Shown one piece after another: positions 10,601-18,077 of a DNA stretch of 64,000 bases (the first letter of the stretch is position 1; every line of letters starts with the position of its first letter). Below the pieces are notes generated by a model. That model was not told the DNA's origin, ran no database searches, and worked only from the letters and a program-made list of their open reading frames with translations. The DNA comes from Verrucomicrobiales bacterium (GTDB lineage: Bacteria; Verrucomicrobiota; Verrucomicrobiia; Limisphaerales; JAYPEY01). Location of the stretch: NCBI GenBank assembly GCA_038126235.1, contig JAYPFK010000008.1, forward strand, positions 33,168-97,167. Reading direction: 5' to 3'. The translations under genes were made by a program, and so were the position numbers.

Positions 10601-11741
10601 GATCGAAGGTCTCGTCGTTCTCCGCCAGCAGGTCGCCCACAATGGGGACCGTGATCTTGAGCTCTGTTTCGTTGCGCCCGAAACTGACGGTCTGGTTGTA
10701 TTCGACGTAGTCCACGCCCGCGGTCGCGGTGACCGCCACAGTCCGCACGTCGGCCCGGACAAAATCATCAATGGCAGAGGACAGGGTGAGTGTGAACTCG
10801 GCGTCCATGTTCCCGGAGTCCCCCTCCGTCACCTGGATGTCAGCGACGCTGATCGCCGGGGTCGGATCGTCGTTCACGATGGTTCCGATTCCCAGATCGT
10901 CCTGAACGACGACACTCAAGGGAGCGTTGAAGAGGCGGACTCCGAAGGTCTCGTCGGTTTCGATATCCAGGTCCCCTTTGACCGGGATCACGACATCCAC
11001 CGTCCGCACCGACCCGGTGAAATTGATGACGCCGCTGGTGGCGGTGTAGTCGAAGGGCGCGCTGGCGGTGATATCCTCCGTTGCAAATTCCACCATGAAG
11101 TCTTCGGATTCATCATTCCGCGAGACCGTGAACCGGAATTCCGTGGTCCCACTGGCTCCCTCTTTCAGGCTGGTGTCGAGAATGTTCACCAGCGAGGGGA
11201 CCTGGAACCGGCAAAAGTCAGGCTGGCCGACCACCCAACTGCTGGCGTCAAACGCATAACGCTGGGTGGCTTGGTAGGACTTTCCGGCCGATATCGTGGG
11301 CAGATAGGCGCTGCCCCATTTGCCCGCGGAAACGGCCAGGGGCAACAGGGACGATCCGGATGCACTCCCCCACTTCAATCCGCCGATGATCCGGGTGCGA
11401 TCGGTCAAATCCGTGTTTTGCAGGATCCAGAGATCGCCGCCAGTTGGATCCACATTCGGCACGGTCCGGCAGATGGACTGCCCCGCGGCGATTTGTTGGG
11501 GGGAGATCTCTGTGCTGACAATCTGGCCGTCCAGAACGAAAATGACGGGATAGAACAGATCGAAACTGACATCGCTCGACACCTCGACCTGACCCGATTG
11601 CGGGGAGAACTCGGTGATCGACAAGCGAAACACGGAACTCTGCGCCCGGGAGGAAACGGGGACCATACAAGCGAGCGCAAGCACGAGTGCGAAAGCCTTG
11701 TTCCAAACGGAACCGGAAGCCTCGAAAACAACTTTCTTCAT
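4620..11741 (-). CDS. Giant secreted/surface protein: 4x Calx-beta, IPT/TIG, FG-GAP propeller, 12x ~77-aa repeats, 2x MBG-like, Ig-like domain, C-terminal tail
   Basis: Signal peptide; four ..EG..TI.NDD Calx-beta units; DFDGDG.DL FG-GAP repeats; 12 W..P..I.YG..L...LNA.A..PG.F.Y.P..G units; NQPP..ASDPDGSI.RVEFF Ig-like domain. Confidence 0.85.
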   Translation of the reverse strand: MKKVVFEASGSVWNKAFALVLALACMVPVSSRAQSSVFRLSITEFSPQSGQVEVSSDVSFDLFYPVIFVLDGQIVSTEISPQQIAAGQSICRTVPNVDPTGGDLWILQNTDLTDRTRIIGGLKWGSASGSSLLPLAVSAGKWGSAYLPTISAGKSYQATQRYAFDASSWVVGQPDFCRFQVPSLVNILDTSLKEGASGTTEFRFTVSRNDESEDFMVEFATEDITASAPFDYTATSGVINFTGSVRTVDVVIPVKGDLDIETDETFGVRLFNAPLSVVVQDDLGIGTIVNDDPTPAISVADIQVTEGDSGNMDAEFTLTLSSAIDDFVRADVRTVAVTATAGVDYVEYNQTVSFGRNETELKITVPIVGDLLAENDETFDLRISNPSNGIIADGVAVCTILDNEVGSRISIDDVSLTEGNAGTTDAVFTISMTGPNTIPVSVDYQAVSGTALVGSDFVATSGTATIPAGETMATIAVPVIGDASFEADETFLVLLSNPVNGLLTDAEGEGTILNDDRGEGFKALDTSVSEGNAAINTMEFRVILTKAHAQTVTVEYATADGTAVDGSDYSATSGTLTFPPGAVERVVPVTVTGDTVDEPNETVLLRLSNAMGALILDGEGVGTIVNDDAPVPPKPIVNALSADFGFAGEQVTVFGRNFSVVAEENLVRFGAVEAKVLAATATALTVEIPPGATYEPVSVTVGGLTGEGDRAFTVVFENNGALDPLTFGDRANLTSGSGASDIVAADFDGDGRSDIASLNRGNNTLSLFHNLSIARGISSGVFATRLDLPTRLAPADLVVADIDGDGLLDAVTIDSGSSGVSIFHNASVVGSLAFDNPATLLVGASPTSGDLADIDGDGLVDLLVALGDSGRIAVLRNTSVPGAVSFAAAQQFVVGVGPSKVLAADLDGDGGLDVVVVNAFNGVGGNSISVLRNTATRGSINSGSLSDPVTFPAAENAGELVNPTDLVAADFNRDGRVDLAILNRAGGKITAYRNKSEPETIDFEAADTFAAGLNPAALAVADFNGDALPDLAVSGPATGVVLLLQNLGSGPAEPLRFGAAVAVPTPGGPSAVFGADLDNNSKPELIVGGSAGTVSLFNNLLRSIPSLAWDDPGSIVYGDPLTEDHLDATANVPGSFVYDPPLGAHLEAGKARVLRATFVPTDITEHRIVQTEILIDVDPRPLFVTPQNAFKPFGAPLPAFAASYEDGEGGAGFVLGDTVADLDSPPVFFTEATAESPVGFYRIVSGGAFDSNYAITHLNPPDRTLKIGRAVPAISWPTPADIEYGTPLGTDQLNATADQPGLFEYDPPAGTVFDVGAAQTLRVAFTPYDNLNYEPVSVEVAINVLRARPTIIWNDPADITFGDALGATQLNAMSPVAGTFTYTPAAGTLLKAGMAHPLSVEFTPDDASRYLSAVATAYIDVLRANATITWATPEDIVYGTRLGGAQLNAVAERPGSLAYNPPAGTTLNAGNSQTLSVTFTPEDAANQNTVTKEVVINVLKATPTIIWNPPAGIIHGVPLTSVQLNAVASHPGSLSYDPPAGTYLDAGSAQTLSVTFTPDSPGNVESAQMQVTIDVAKADPVITWNDPAAIVYGTPLGMTQLNARADAEGSFVYTPPIATLLAAGADQPLTAEFTPADTDNYNSASRTVRIDVLKADPVIVWQPPASIEYGTPLVLGEHLNATATDIEGTFAYTPEPGTLLAVGTGRILSTTFTPDDADNYNAVTVNTAIDVRKAVPTITWDNPADMIHPATLSSVQLNATADAPGRFVYTPAAGAPLPLGSGHTLRVVFTPDDTDNRATATATVTVNVLPAVAEVTWPAPEAIGFGTPLGAAQLNAVADVPGSFTYSPPAGTVLAAGSGQELSVTFTPNDSNYRVITASALIDVAKADPTILWNTPADIAHGTPLNSQNHLNAVSAVPGTFDYSPPAGTILAAGAGQVLAVDFTPTDTANYNAGSKQVVINVRKAVPALTWNRPAGIVHGTPLTATQLNAAAVLPGTTDAVSGAFVYDPPLGTILDAGSLQALNVSFTPDDGDNFETASGSTVIDVAKAEPMIVWNNPAAIVYGAALGELQFNATADVPGVFRYQPEPGTVPQVGEDQLLSVVFIPESTQNYVSVSKTVSLDVLKANLIVRAENKTRGVGAPNPQLTASYIGLVNNDTSASLTQSATLTTAATMESPAGSYDIVVSGAASPNYNIQFRRGVLTVVPNQPPAVVVTAPLDGRRVAAMSDVRITADASDPDGSIMRVEFFADSTRLGEATEPPYSIVWSGVALGSYALTAVATDNLNESVVSAPVTLNVNPGINAATISESDQVTLAVTGQAGITYVIQVSNDLRHWTSINSFVATGGTQSFPDPDPASLHLYRFYRIIPLSALP

Positions 11742-11951
11742 AAATATCCGGAGGGTGATCGACGGCTCCGTCCGCCCAAAGGCCGACAGGATACCCTATG
11801 ATTGCTTGGAGAACCGACGGACGGTATCCCACGCCCCCCTCCGCATAAAGGCAATTCTTCGCGTTTTCAGCGGCAAAACCGGGCCTTCACCCCCCATTTT
11901 TCAGCGAATTCTTGCTTTGATCGGAACCCCGTTCCGAGGCATAGAAGGCGC

Positions 11952-13982
11952 ATGAGAACCGTTTCCGTTCCCCAAGTCCGCGTCCTCCTCGCGGCGGTCG
12001 CCCTGACGGCCCTCTTTACCGTCGCTCAAGGAGCCCCCGTTCGTATCGTGCCCGATAAGGGCATTGACGTCCCGGCCGAGAAGCGGACCCAACTCGCGGC
12101 GGGCGTCACGCGGCTCGAACGCCAGATCCGCAGCCTTCGCGCAAGCTTCCGCAGCCAGCCCCAGGCGTTGGAATTGCTCGCGGACGTCGAGATCTACCGC
12201 AACGCGGTCCACTACGCGCTCACGCAGGACATCTTCTACGCCAAGGGCGACATCACCGCTTCGGAAACCCTTCTGAATCAGGGACTTGAACGCGCCGGCC
12301 AACTACGCGAAGGCCTGGCGCCCTGGACGACAGCGACCGGCCTGGTCGTGCGCGGCTACATCTCCCGGATCGACGGCTCCGTCCAACCCTACGGCCTCGT
12401 CATCCCGGAATCTTGGGACCCCAAGGGCGACCGGAAACACCGGCTCGACGTCTGGCACCACGGCCGGAACAACAAGCTCAGCGAGTTGCGCTTCATCAAC
12501 GAACGTCAGACCAAGGCCGGACAATTCACCCCCAAGGACGCCTTCGTCCTGCACCCCTACGGCCGCTACTGCAACGCCATGAAGTTCGCCGGGGAAATCG
12601 ACACCTTCGAGGCCTTGGAACACGCGAAACGCCACTACCGCATCGACGAGGACCGCGTGACGGTCCGGGGCTTCTCCATGGGGGGCGCGGCGACCTGGCA
12701 CATGGCCGCGCACCACGCGGGCTTCTGGGCCGCAGCCAGCCCGGGCGCGGGCTTCGTCGAGACCGCCGTCTACCAGGACATCTTCAAGAAGGATCCCAAG
12801 CCCGCCTGGTGGGAACAAAAGCTCTGGCGGCTGTACGACGCCACCGAATACGCCGGCAACCTCCGCCAGTGCCCGCTCATCGCCTACAGCGGCGAGCTGG
12901 ACAAGCAGAAGCAGGCCGCCGACCTCATGGCCGAATTCATGAAGAAGGAGGGGCTCGAAATGGAGCACATCATCGGCCCGGGCATGGGGCACAAGTACCA
13001 CCCTGATTCCAAGGTCGAGATTGAGAAACGACTGGACGGGATCCTGAAAAAAGGCCGGGACCGGGTCCCCAACCAGATTCGCTTCACCACCTACACCCTC
13101 CGCTACAACCGGATGAAGTGGATCCGCGTCGACAGCCTCGAACGACATTGGGAGCGCGCCCGGGTCGACGCCGACATTCTGGACGAACACACCGTCCAGA
13201 TCGACACTGCGAACGTCGTCTCCTTCACCATCGAAATGGAAAAGGGCCTCTGCCCCCTGAAACGCGACCGGAGCCCGGTCGTCACGGTCGACGGCGACAA
13301 GGTCACCGTCCCCGGCATCCCGACGGACCTTTCCTGGACCGTTCATTTCGTCAGATCAGGCGGCCGCTGGACATCGGTCGCCGAACCCGACTCCGGCGCC
13401 ATCATCAAACGGCACGGCCTGCAGGGTCCGATCGACGACGCCTTCATGGACAGCTTCCTCATGGTCGCCCCGTCCGGCAAACCCATCGCCTCCAAGGTCG
13501 CCACTGAATGGATCGCGAATGAGATGGCCGACGCCGGCTACCAATGGCTGATGCAATTCCGCGGGCAACCCCGGACCCGCATCGACACCCGCGTCACCGG
13601 AGACGACATCCGCGACCACAACCTCATCCTCTGGGGCGACCCCGGCAGCAACGCCATCTACCAACGCATTGCCGACAAACTCCCCGTCAAATGGACCACA
13701 TCAGGGATCCGCGTCGGCGATCAAGAATGGCCGGCGGGGAAACAGGTTCCCGTGTTCATCTATCCCAACCCGCTCAACCCGAAGCGCTACGTCGTGATCA
13801 ACAGCGGCTTCACCTTCGCCCCGAACGGCAGCGCCAGCAATTCCACCCAGATTCCCAAGCTGCCTGACTGGGCCATCCTCGACGTCTCGGTCCCGACAGC
13901 CAGGCGCATCCCCGCCGGCGTCGTCGATTGCGACTTCTTCGGCGAGGGCTGGCAGGTGGTAAAGAGCGCGGAACGGAAGTAA
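11952..13982 (+). CDS. Secreted alpha/beta hydrolase (prolyl oligopeptidase/esterase-like)
   Basis: Signal peptide from ATG 11952; nucleophile elbow GFSMGG; GELD and GMGH candidate Asp/His. Confidence 0.75.
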   Translation: MRTVSVPQVRVLLAAVALTALFTVAQGAPVRIVPDKGIDVPAEKRTQLAAGVTRLERQIRSLRASFRSQPQALELLADVEIYRNAVHYALTQDIFYAKGDITASETLLNQGLERAGQLREGLAPWTTATGLVVRGYISRIDGSVQPYGLVIPESWDPKGDRKHRLDVWHHGRNNKLSELRFINERQTKAGQFTPKDAFVLHPYGRYCNAMKFAGEIDTFEALEHAKRHYRIDEDRVTVRGFSMGGAATWHMAAHHAGFWAAASPGAGFVETAVYQDIFKKDPKPAWWEQKLWRLYDATEYAGNLRQCPLIAYSGELDKQKQAADLMAEFMKKEGLEMEHIIGPGMGHKYHPDSKVEIEKRLDGILKKGRDRVPNQIRFTTYTLRYNRMKWIRVDSLERHWERARVDADILDEHTVQIDTANVVSFTIEMEKGLCPLKRDRSPVVTVDGDKVTVPGIPTDLSWTVHFVRSGGRWTSVAEPDSGAIIKRHGLQGPIDDAFMDSFLMVAPSGKPIASKVATEWIANEMADAGYQWLMQFRGQPRTRIDTRVTGDDIRDHNLILWGDPGSNAIYQRIADKLPVKWTTSGIRVGDQEWPAGKQVPVFIYPNPLNPKRYVVINSGFTFAPNGSASNSTQIPKLPDWAILDVSVPTARRIPAGVVDCDFFGEGWQVVKSAERK

Positions 13983-14021
13983 GTGCGGCAAAGCGCCGCC
14001 TGGCCCCGGAACCCCGGACAC

Positions 14022-14780
14022 GTGAACGGAAACTTGAAATTCCATCCGCAGCTCCCCGTTGCCATTCGCGCAATCCTGGCGACCGCATCGCTGGCGGTCG
14101 GCGTGTGCGCCGCGCAACCCGCCTCCGAGACTCCGGCGACCGCCCCCTCGCTGGAGGAGACACTCGCGGCGGCGCTCGAAGGCGACGCGCGCGCGCAGTC
14201 CCTGATCGCGTCAATGTACGAGGAGCGCGAGTCCCATGAAGACGCGGTGCGCTGGTATCGCAAGGCGGCGGAACAGGGTCGGGCCGACGCTCAGTTCAAG
14301 CTCGGTTTCTACCACGCCACCGGCAACGGCGGGTTGCAGCGCGACTTCACGACAGCGGTCGAATGGTTCCGCAAGGCCGCCGAGCAGAATCAACCCGGCG
14401 CGCAGTACAATCTCGCGGTCTGCTACGAGAAAGGCCTGGGCGTGACCCAGGACGACGCGACGGCGCTGGGTTGGCATCGGCGCGCCGCAGCGCAGGGAGA
14501 TGTCCACGCACAGAAGGCCGTGGGGGTCTGTTACGAAAAAGGGCGCGGCGTGAAGCCAGACCCCGTGGAGGCGCGCGCTTGGTATCTGCTGGCGTCCGCA
14601 CACGGCAACACCGAGGCGACCGCGCTCCTGAAAAACATGGCGGCCGGACTGAAACCGGGACAGATCGAGCAGGCGGAAAAGCGAGCCGGAAACCTCTCCC
14701 TCCAGATCTACAAGAGCCCGCTCGGAGCAACCGCCGAGGTCAAATCCAAGAAGGGGCCGACCAAGGACTTTCTGGAGTGA
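14022..14780 (+). CDS. Sel1-repeat protein
   Basis: Repeats WYRKAAEQG.ADAQF.LG, WFRKAAEQN.PGAQYNLA, AAAQG.VHAQ; signal peptide; start uncertain (GTG 14022). Confidence 0.85.
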   Translation: MNGNLKFHPQLPVAIRAILATASLAVGVCAAQPASETPATAPSLEETLAAALEGDARAQSLIASMYEERESHEDAVRWYRKAAEQGRADAQFKLGFYHATGNGGLQRDFTTAVEWFRKAAEQNQPGAQYNLAVCYEKGLGVTQDDATALGWHRRAAAQGDVHAQKAVGVCYEKGRGVKPDPVEARAWYLLASAHGNTEATALLKNMAAGLKPGQIEQAEKRAGNLSLQIYKSPLGATAEVKSKKGPTKDFLE

Positions 14781-14798
14781 CCGGCTCGCAGAAGCGCG

Positions 14799-15173
14799 TC
14801 ACGGCCGTTCCCTGCGGAACAGGTCCCGGAAGAAGTCGCCGATGGTCTCCTCGGCCAGGTCCTTGAACTCCCCGGCATCGAAGAAGGAGCCGCCGCAGAC
14901 CGCGCATTCCTCGTACCAGATGTGCGCCTGCTTGGGATCGGACATGCGGAGCATCGGCGTGTCGCAGCGGGGGCATTTGATGTGATCGATCCGGTTGTAG
15001 ATCCGGCCCGTTTCCGGATCGCCGTCGTCGATGGCCGCGATCCCCTCCTTCTTCAGGAGATCGTTCTTTTCGAATTCATCGAACCAGAACCCCTTGCAGT
15101 TCGAGCAGCGGTTGATCTCGATGTCGTAGTAGGTCTCCTGCTTCATCTCCGCGGAACACTTTGGGCAGTCCAT
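14799..15173 (-). CDS. Double zf-TFIIB zinc-ribbon protein
   Basis: CPKC..CSNCKGFWFDEFE and CPRC..CAVCGGSFFDAGE. Confidence 0.85.
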   Translation of the reverse strand: MDCPKCSAEMKQETYYDIEINRCSNCKGFWFDEFEKNDLLKKEGIAAIDDGDPETGRIYNRIDHIKCPRCDTPMLRMSDPKQAHIWYEECAVCGGSFFDAGEFKDLAEETIGDFFRDLFRRERP

Positions 15174-15284
15174 GGGGCGGATCGTAGATCGCGCGGGCAA
15201 CGCGCACAAGTATTCCTACGGAATAGGATTGTAACAGACCGCGGCCGACGCGTGGGGCCTCATGGCGCAACAGGCGTCAGCAAA

Positions 15285-15355
15285 GCGGGGCGAACTGTCC
15301 GCAGTGAGCCGACGCGAGCGCATCCACGTCCGGCTCACTGCGGGTTTGCCCCACC
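15285..15355. repeat. REP-like inverted-repeat element, family A copy 1
   Basis: gcggggcgaac-tgt-ccgcagtgagccg ... cggctcactgcgg-gtttgccccacc; similar to 21025 and 37075. Confidence 0.75.
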
Positions 15356-15381
15356 ATTTTGGCACAGGACAGGATCGGCGC

Positions 15382-17916
15382 TCAGGGCGCATTCAGGACG
15401 GTCGCGAGAATGCCGACGCAACGGCCGGCCGCCGGTTGCATGACAATCCGCAGCTGCGCGGTCTTGACCGGCGCGGCAGGACGAACCGTGTTGAACGCGT
15501 CCAGTTCGGAACCGAATGAATCGCCCTCCCGCAACGCCACCCGCTTCCATTCGTCCCCGACCTTTGCCTCCAGACTCCAATCGGCCGGAGCGCGAACGCC
15601 CTCGCGATCCTGATACCAGTAGACGCCGAAGGAACGGACTTCGACCGCGTCGCCCAGATCGAGTTCGACCCATTGTTCCCGCCCGTTCTGAGGCCAGCTG
15701 GTCCAACGCAGGATGCCCGTGTCGGCGGAGGAATCGGGAATGCGGTCCAGGCGGACGGCGTCCACGGTGTCACCGCCCCAGGTATGCGATGCGCGGGCGC
15801 CGGAATGGAGAAGTTTCGCGGGCGGACCGACACGGCCCTGGTTCGGCAGGTCCTCCCGCCGCAGCCACGGGAAGGCCGCAATCCGCAGCGTGGTCGAGCC
15901 ATAGGGGATCAAGGTGATCTCCTTCAATTCCGGCTGGGCCGGCGGCGAAGCGGGGCTGAGCGGCGGATTGGCGGCGGAGTTCCGGTCCATCTTCCAATCC
16001 GGGAGTCGCACGCCGTGGGCCAAAAGGCGGACCGGCGCGGTCTCGCGCGTCCAAGGATTGTCCGGGATCGAGTCAGCGACCCGGATACGGATCTTGCCTT
16101 CCGGCCGGTTTGCCTCGGCGCCGGAGAGGGCGTAGTTCCACGGCGACTTCGGCCGGACCTCGAAATGACCGCGATGCATCGCGTCCGTCGGCGCGCCTTC
16201 GGGGAGATCGCCCACGACTTCGTTCCACTCCTCCTCGATGTCCAGCGCGTAGACCAGCGGTCCGCGTTCGATCGCCTTGGAGCGCGCGTACCAGGTCGAA
16301 CTTCGCACCGGCATCGGAAAGCGCAGCTTCACGCGGTCGCCGTTCTTCCATGCGCGCTTCACGACGCGCATGACGCCGGGATCGGCCTTGGAGACCGCCT
16401 CCTCGTTCACCCGGATTTCCGCGCCTTTGGCCCAACCTGGGACCCGCAGATGCAGCGGAAACTCGACCGGCTTGTCCGCGGAAACGGTGATGGTCGTGCG
16501 CTCCTTGAAGGGATAGCCCGTCTCCATCTTGAGCGTGACGGTCTGCCCTTCCGCGACCTCGGCCGTGACCGTGGAAGGCGCGTAGGCGACCACGGCCAGA
16601 CCGCCATCGCGGGAGGCCATCCAGAGGCGCTGCGCGAACTTTGGCCAGCCTTGGTGGAGGTTGCAGGTGCAGCAGGGATAGCCGTGCAGGAGGCCGAAAA
16701 CGACCCGGTCGCCGTTGTCATTGAAAAAATCCCGATCGCCGATCGTGCACCGAACCTGGTTCGCCTGCTGGAAATACTGACGCCCCCGGTGATCGTCCGT
16801 GCACTGGGTTGGCAGGACATTGTAGGCGACGCGCTCAAGACGGTCAGCGTGAGCGGGATTGCCGGTGATCTCAAACATGGTCTCCAGCGAGAACATCATC
16901 TCGACGGCGGAACATAGTTCGGAGCCGCGGTCGGGCGCGTCGCCGTGCATGTGCTCGTCGCCGCCGTAAAGGCCGTGCGGTTGGCCGTGGAAGGTCCGGA
17001 TGTCGCGGAAGGCGTTCTCAACGGATTCGAGATGAACGGATTCCTGATCCTGCTGCCAGCGGACGATCGGAGTCTTCATCATCTGCGCAAGGTTGACGCA
17101 ATGCAGCGAGTCGCCCTGGTCTGCGCGGCGGCGGATCATGTTGTCCGCGCCGGGCAGGAACCACCGCGTCACGGGGATCGTCTGCCGGTGGATCAATTCA
17201 CCCAACTCCAGCAGGAACCTGTCCCCCGTCACGTTGTAGAGCCAGAGAACCACCATGAGGTTGTCGCCGCCGCGCTGCGCCGCCCACCAAGAGCCGCTGG
17301 CGGGATTGTCGGGGTCGTGCAGGGGACGTTCGGGCAATTCCTCCAGTTGAAAGCGAAAGTAGCGCGTGAGGCAGTCGATGACCCGCCGGTCGCCGGTCGC
17401 AAGGTAATGCTGCTGCAGAATCTTGAGCATGACCATGCGGGGCCACCAGTCGTCCGGCTTGAGGATCTGCGCTCCGGGCGGCGGCGGCTGGGCGCGCTTC
17501 TCGTTGCGCAGTTCACGCGGGCCGATCTGGCCGTTGTCGCGTTGGTTGGCGAGCGTCCATTCGATCCATGCCATCGCCTTGGCTTCGAGCTTCGTGTCGC
17601 CCAGCAGCTTAGCCAGGGGATAGAGACCGTCGATCCAGTAGGGGCCGCGTTCCCAGGTGTCGCCGTCGCCGCCAAGCCAGGCGTTGCGCGGACCGCAGAC
17701 CTCGGGATACCAGACATCGAGATGGCCGGTCATGCCGCCGGCCATGCGCTTCAACTCGTCGAGCAGCCAGCCCTCCGGATGGATCGCCCCAAGCGACAGC
17801 TCCGCGTAGGGCTTCTCCGCCAGCGGGGCGCGATTGAAGACGGGTGAGGCGGGCGCCGCGGCCAGCACGGACGCGGCCAGGGTGAGAGAAAAGGCAAGGG
17901 TGAGTCCGGCGATCAT
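15382..17916 (-). CDS. GH127-like (beta-L-arabinofuranosidase family) glycoside hydrolase with C-terminal discoidin/F5-8-like domain
   Basis: WERGPYW, HCVN, ELCSAVE, ERVAYNVLP, YPCCTCN, RGPLVYAL; C-terminal QWVELDLG. Confidence 0.8.
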   Translation of the reverse strand: MIAGLTLAFSLTLAASVLAAAPASPVFNRAPLAEKPYAELSLGAIHPEGWLLDELKRMAGGMTGHLDVWYPEVCGPRNAWLGGDGDTWERGPYWIDGLYPLAKLLGDTKLEAKAMAWIEWTLANQRDNGQIGPRELRNEKRAQPPPPGAQILKPDDWWPRMVMLKILQQHYLATGDRRVIDCLTRYFRFQLEELPERPLHDPDNPASGSWWAAQRGGDNLMVVLWLYNVTGDRFLLELGELIHRQTIPVTRWFLPGADNMIRRRADQGDSLHCVNLAQMMKTPIVRWQQDQESVHLESVENAFRDIRTFHGQPHGLYGGDEHMHGDAPDRGSELCSAVEMMFSLETMFEITGNPAHADRLERVAYNVLPTQCTDDHRGRQYFQQANQVRCTIGDRDFFNDNGDRVVFGLLHGYPCCTCNLHQGWPKFAQRLWMASRDGGLAVVAYAPSTVTAEVAEGQTVTLKMETGYPFKERTTITVSADKPVEFPLHLRVPGWAKGAEIRVNEEAVSKADPGVMRVVKRAWKNGDRVKLRFPMPVRSSTWYARSKAIERGPLVYALDIEEEWNEVVGDLPEGAPTDAMHRGHFEVRPKSPWNYALSGAEANRPEGKIRIRVADSIPDNPWTRETAPVRLLAHGVRLPDWKMDRNSAANPPLSPASPPAQPELKEITLIPYGSTTLRIAAFPWLRREDLPNQGRVGPPAKLLHSGARASHTWGGDTVDAVRLDRIPDSSADTGILRWTSWPQNGREQWVELDLGDAVEVRSFGVYWYQDREGVRAPADWSLEAKVGDEWKRVALREGDSFGSELDAFNTVRPAAPVKTAQLRIVMQPAAGRCVGILATVLNAP

Positions 17917-18077
17917 GGCATTTTCAACAGGCGGGTGATGAAGGGGCTACATGGATTATGACGAACGTCAAAAACTCAACTCTGCACATTCGACTTCAAA
18001 CGATGATCCAGGACGCCTCGCTCGATGCGCTTCTTCGCAGATCCGGTCTCATCTCGATGATCGTCAGCCGTTCCGCC

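Noticed and set aside
4536..11801. Long + strand ORFs (487, 966, 788 aa) opposite the giant surface protein, and similar antisense ORFs elsewhere (e.g. 23691-27218)
   Set aside because: Shadow frames of high-GC genes; R/G-rich with no motifs
11742..11951. Possible c-di-GMP riboswitch upstream of the adhesin
   Set aside because: No GEMM consensus visible on the minus strand
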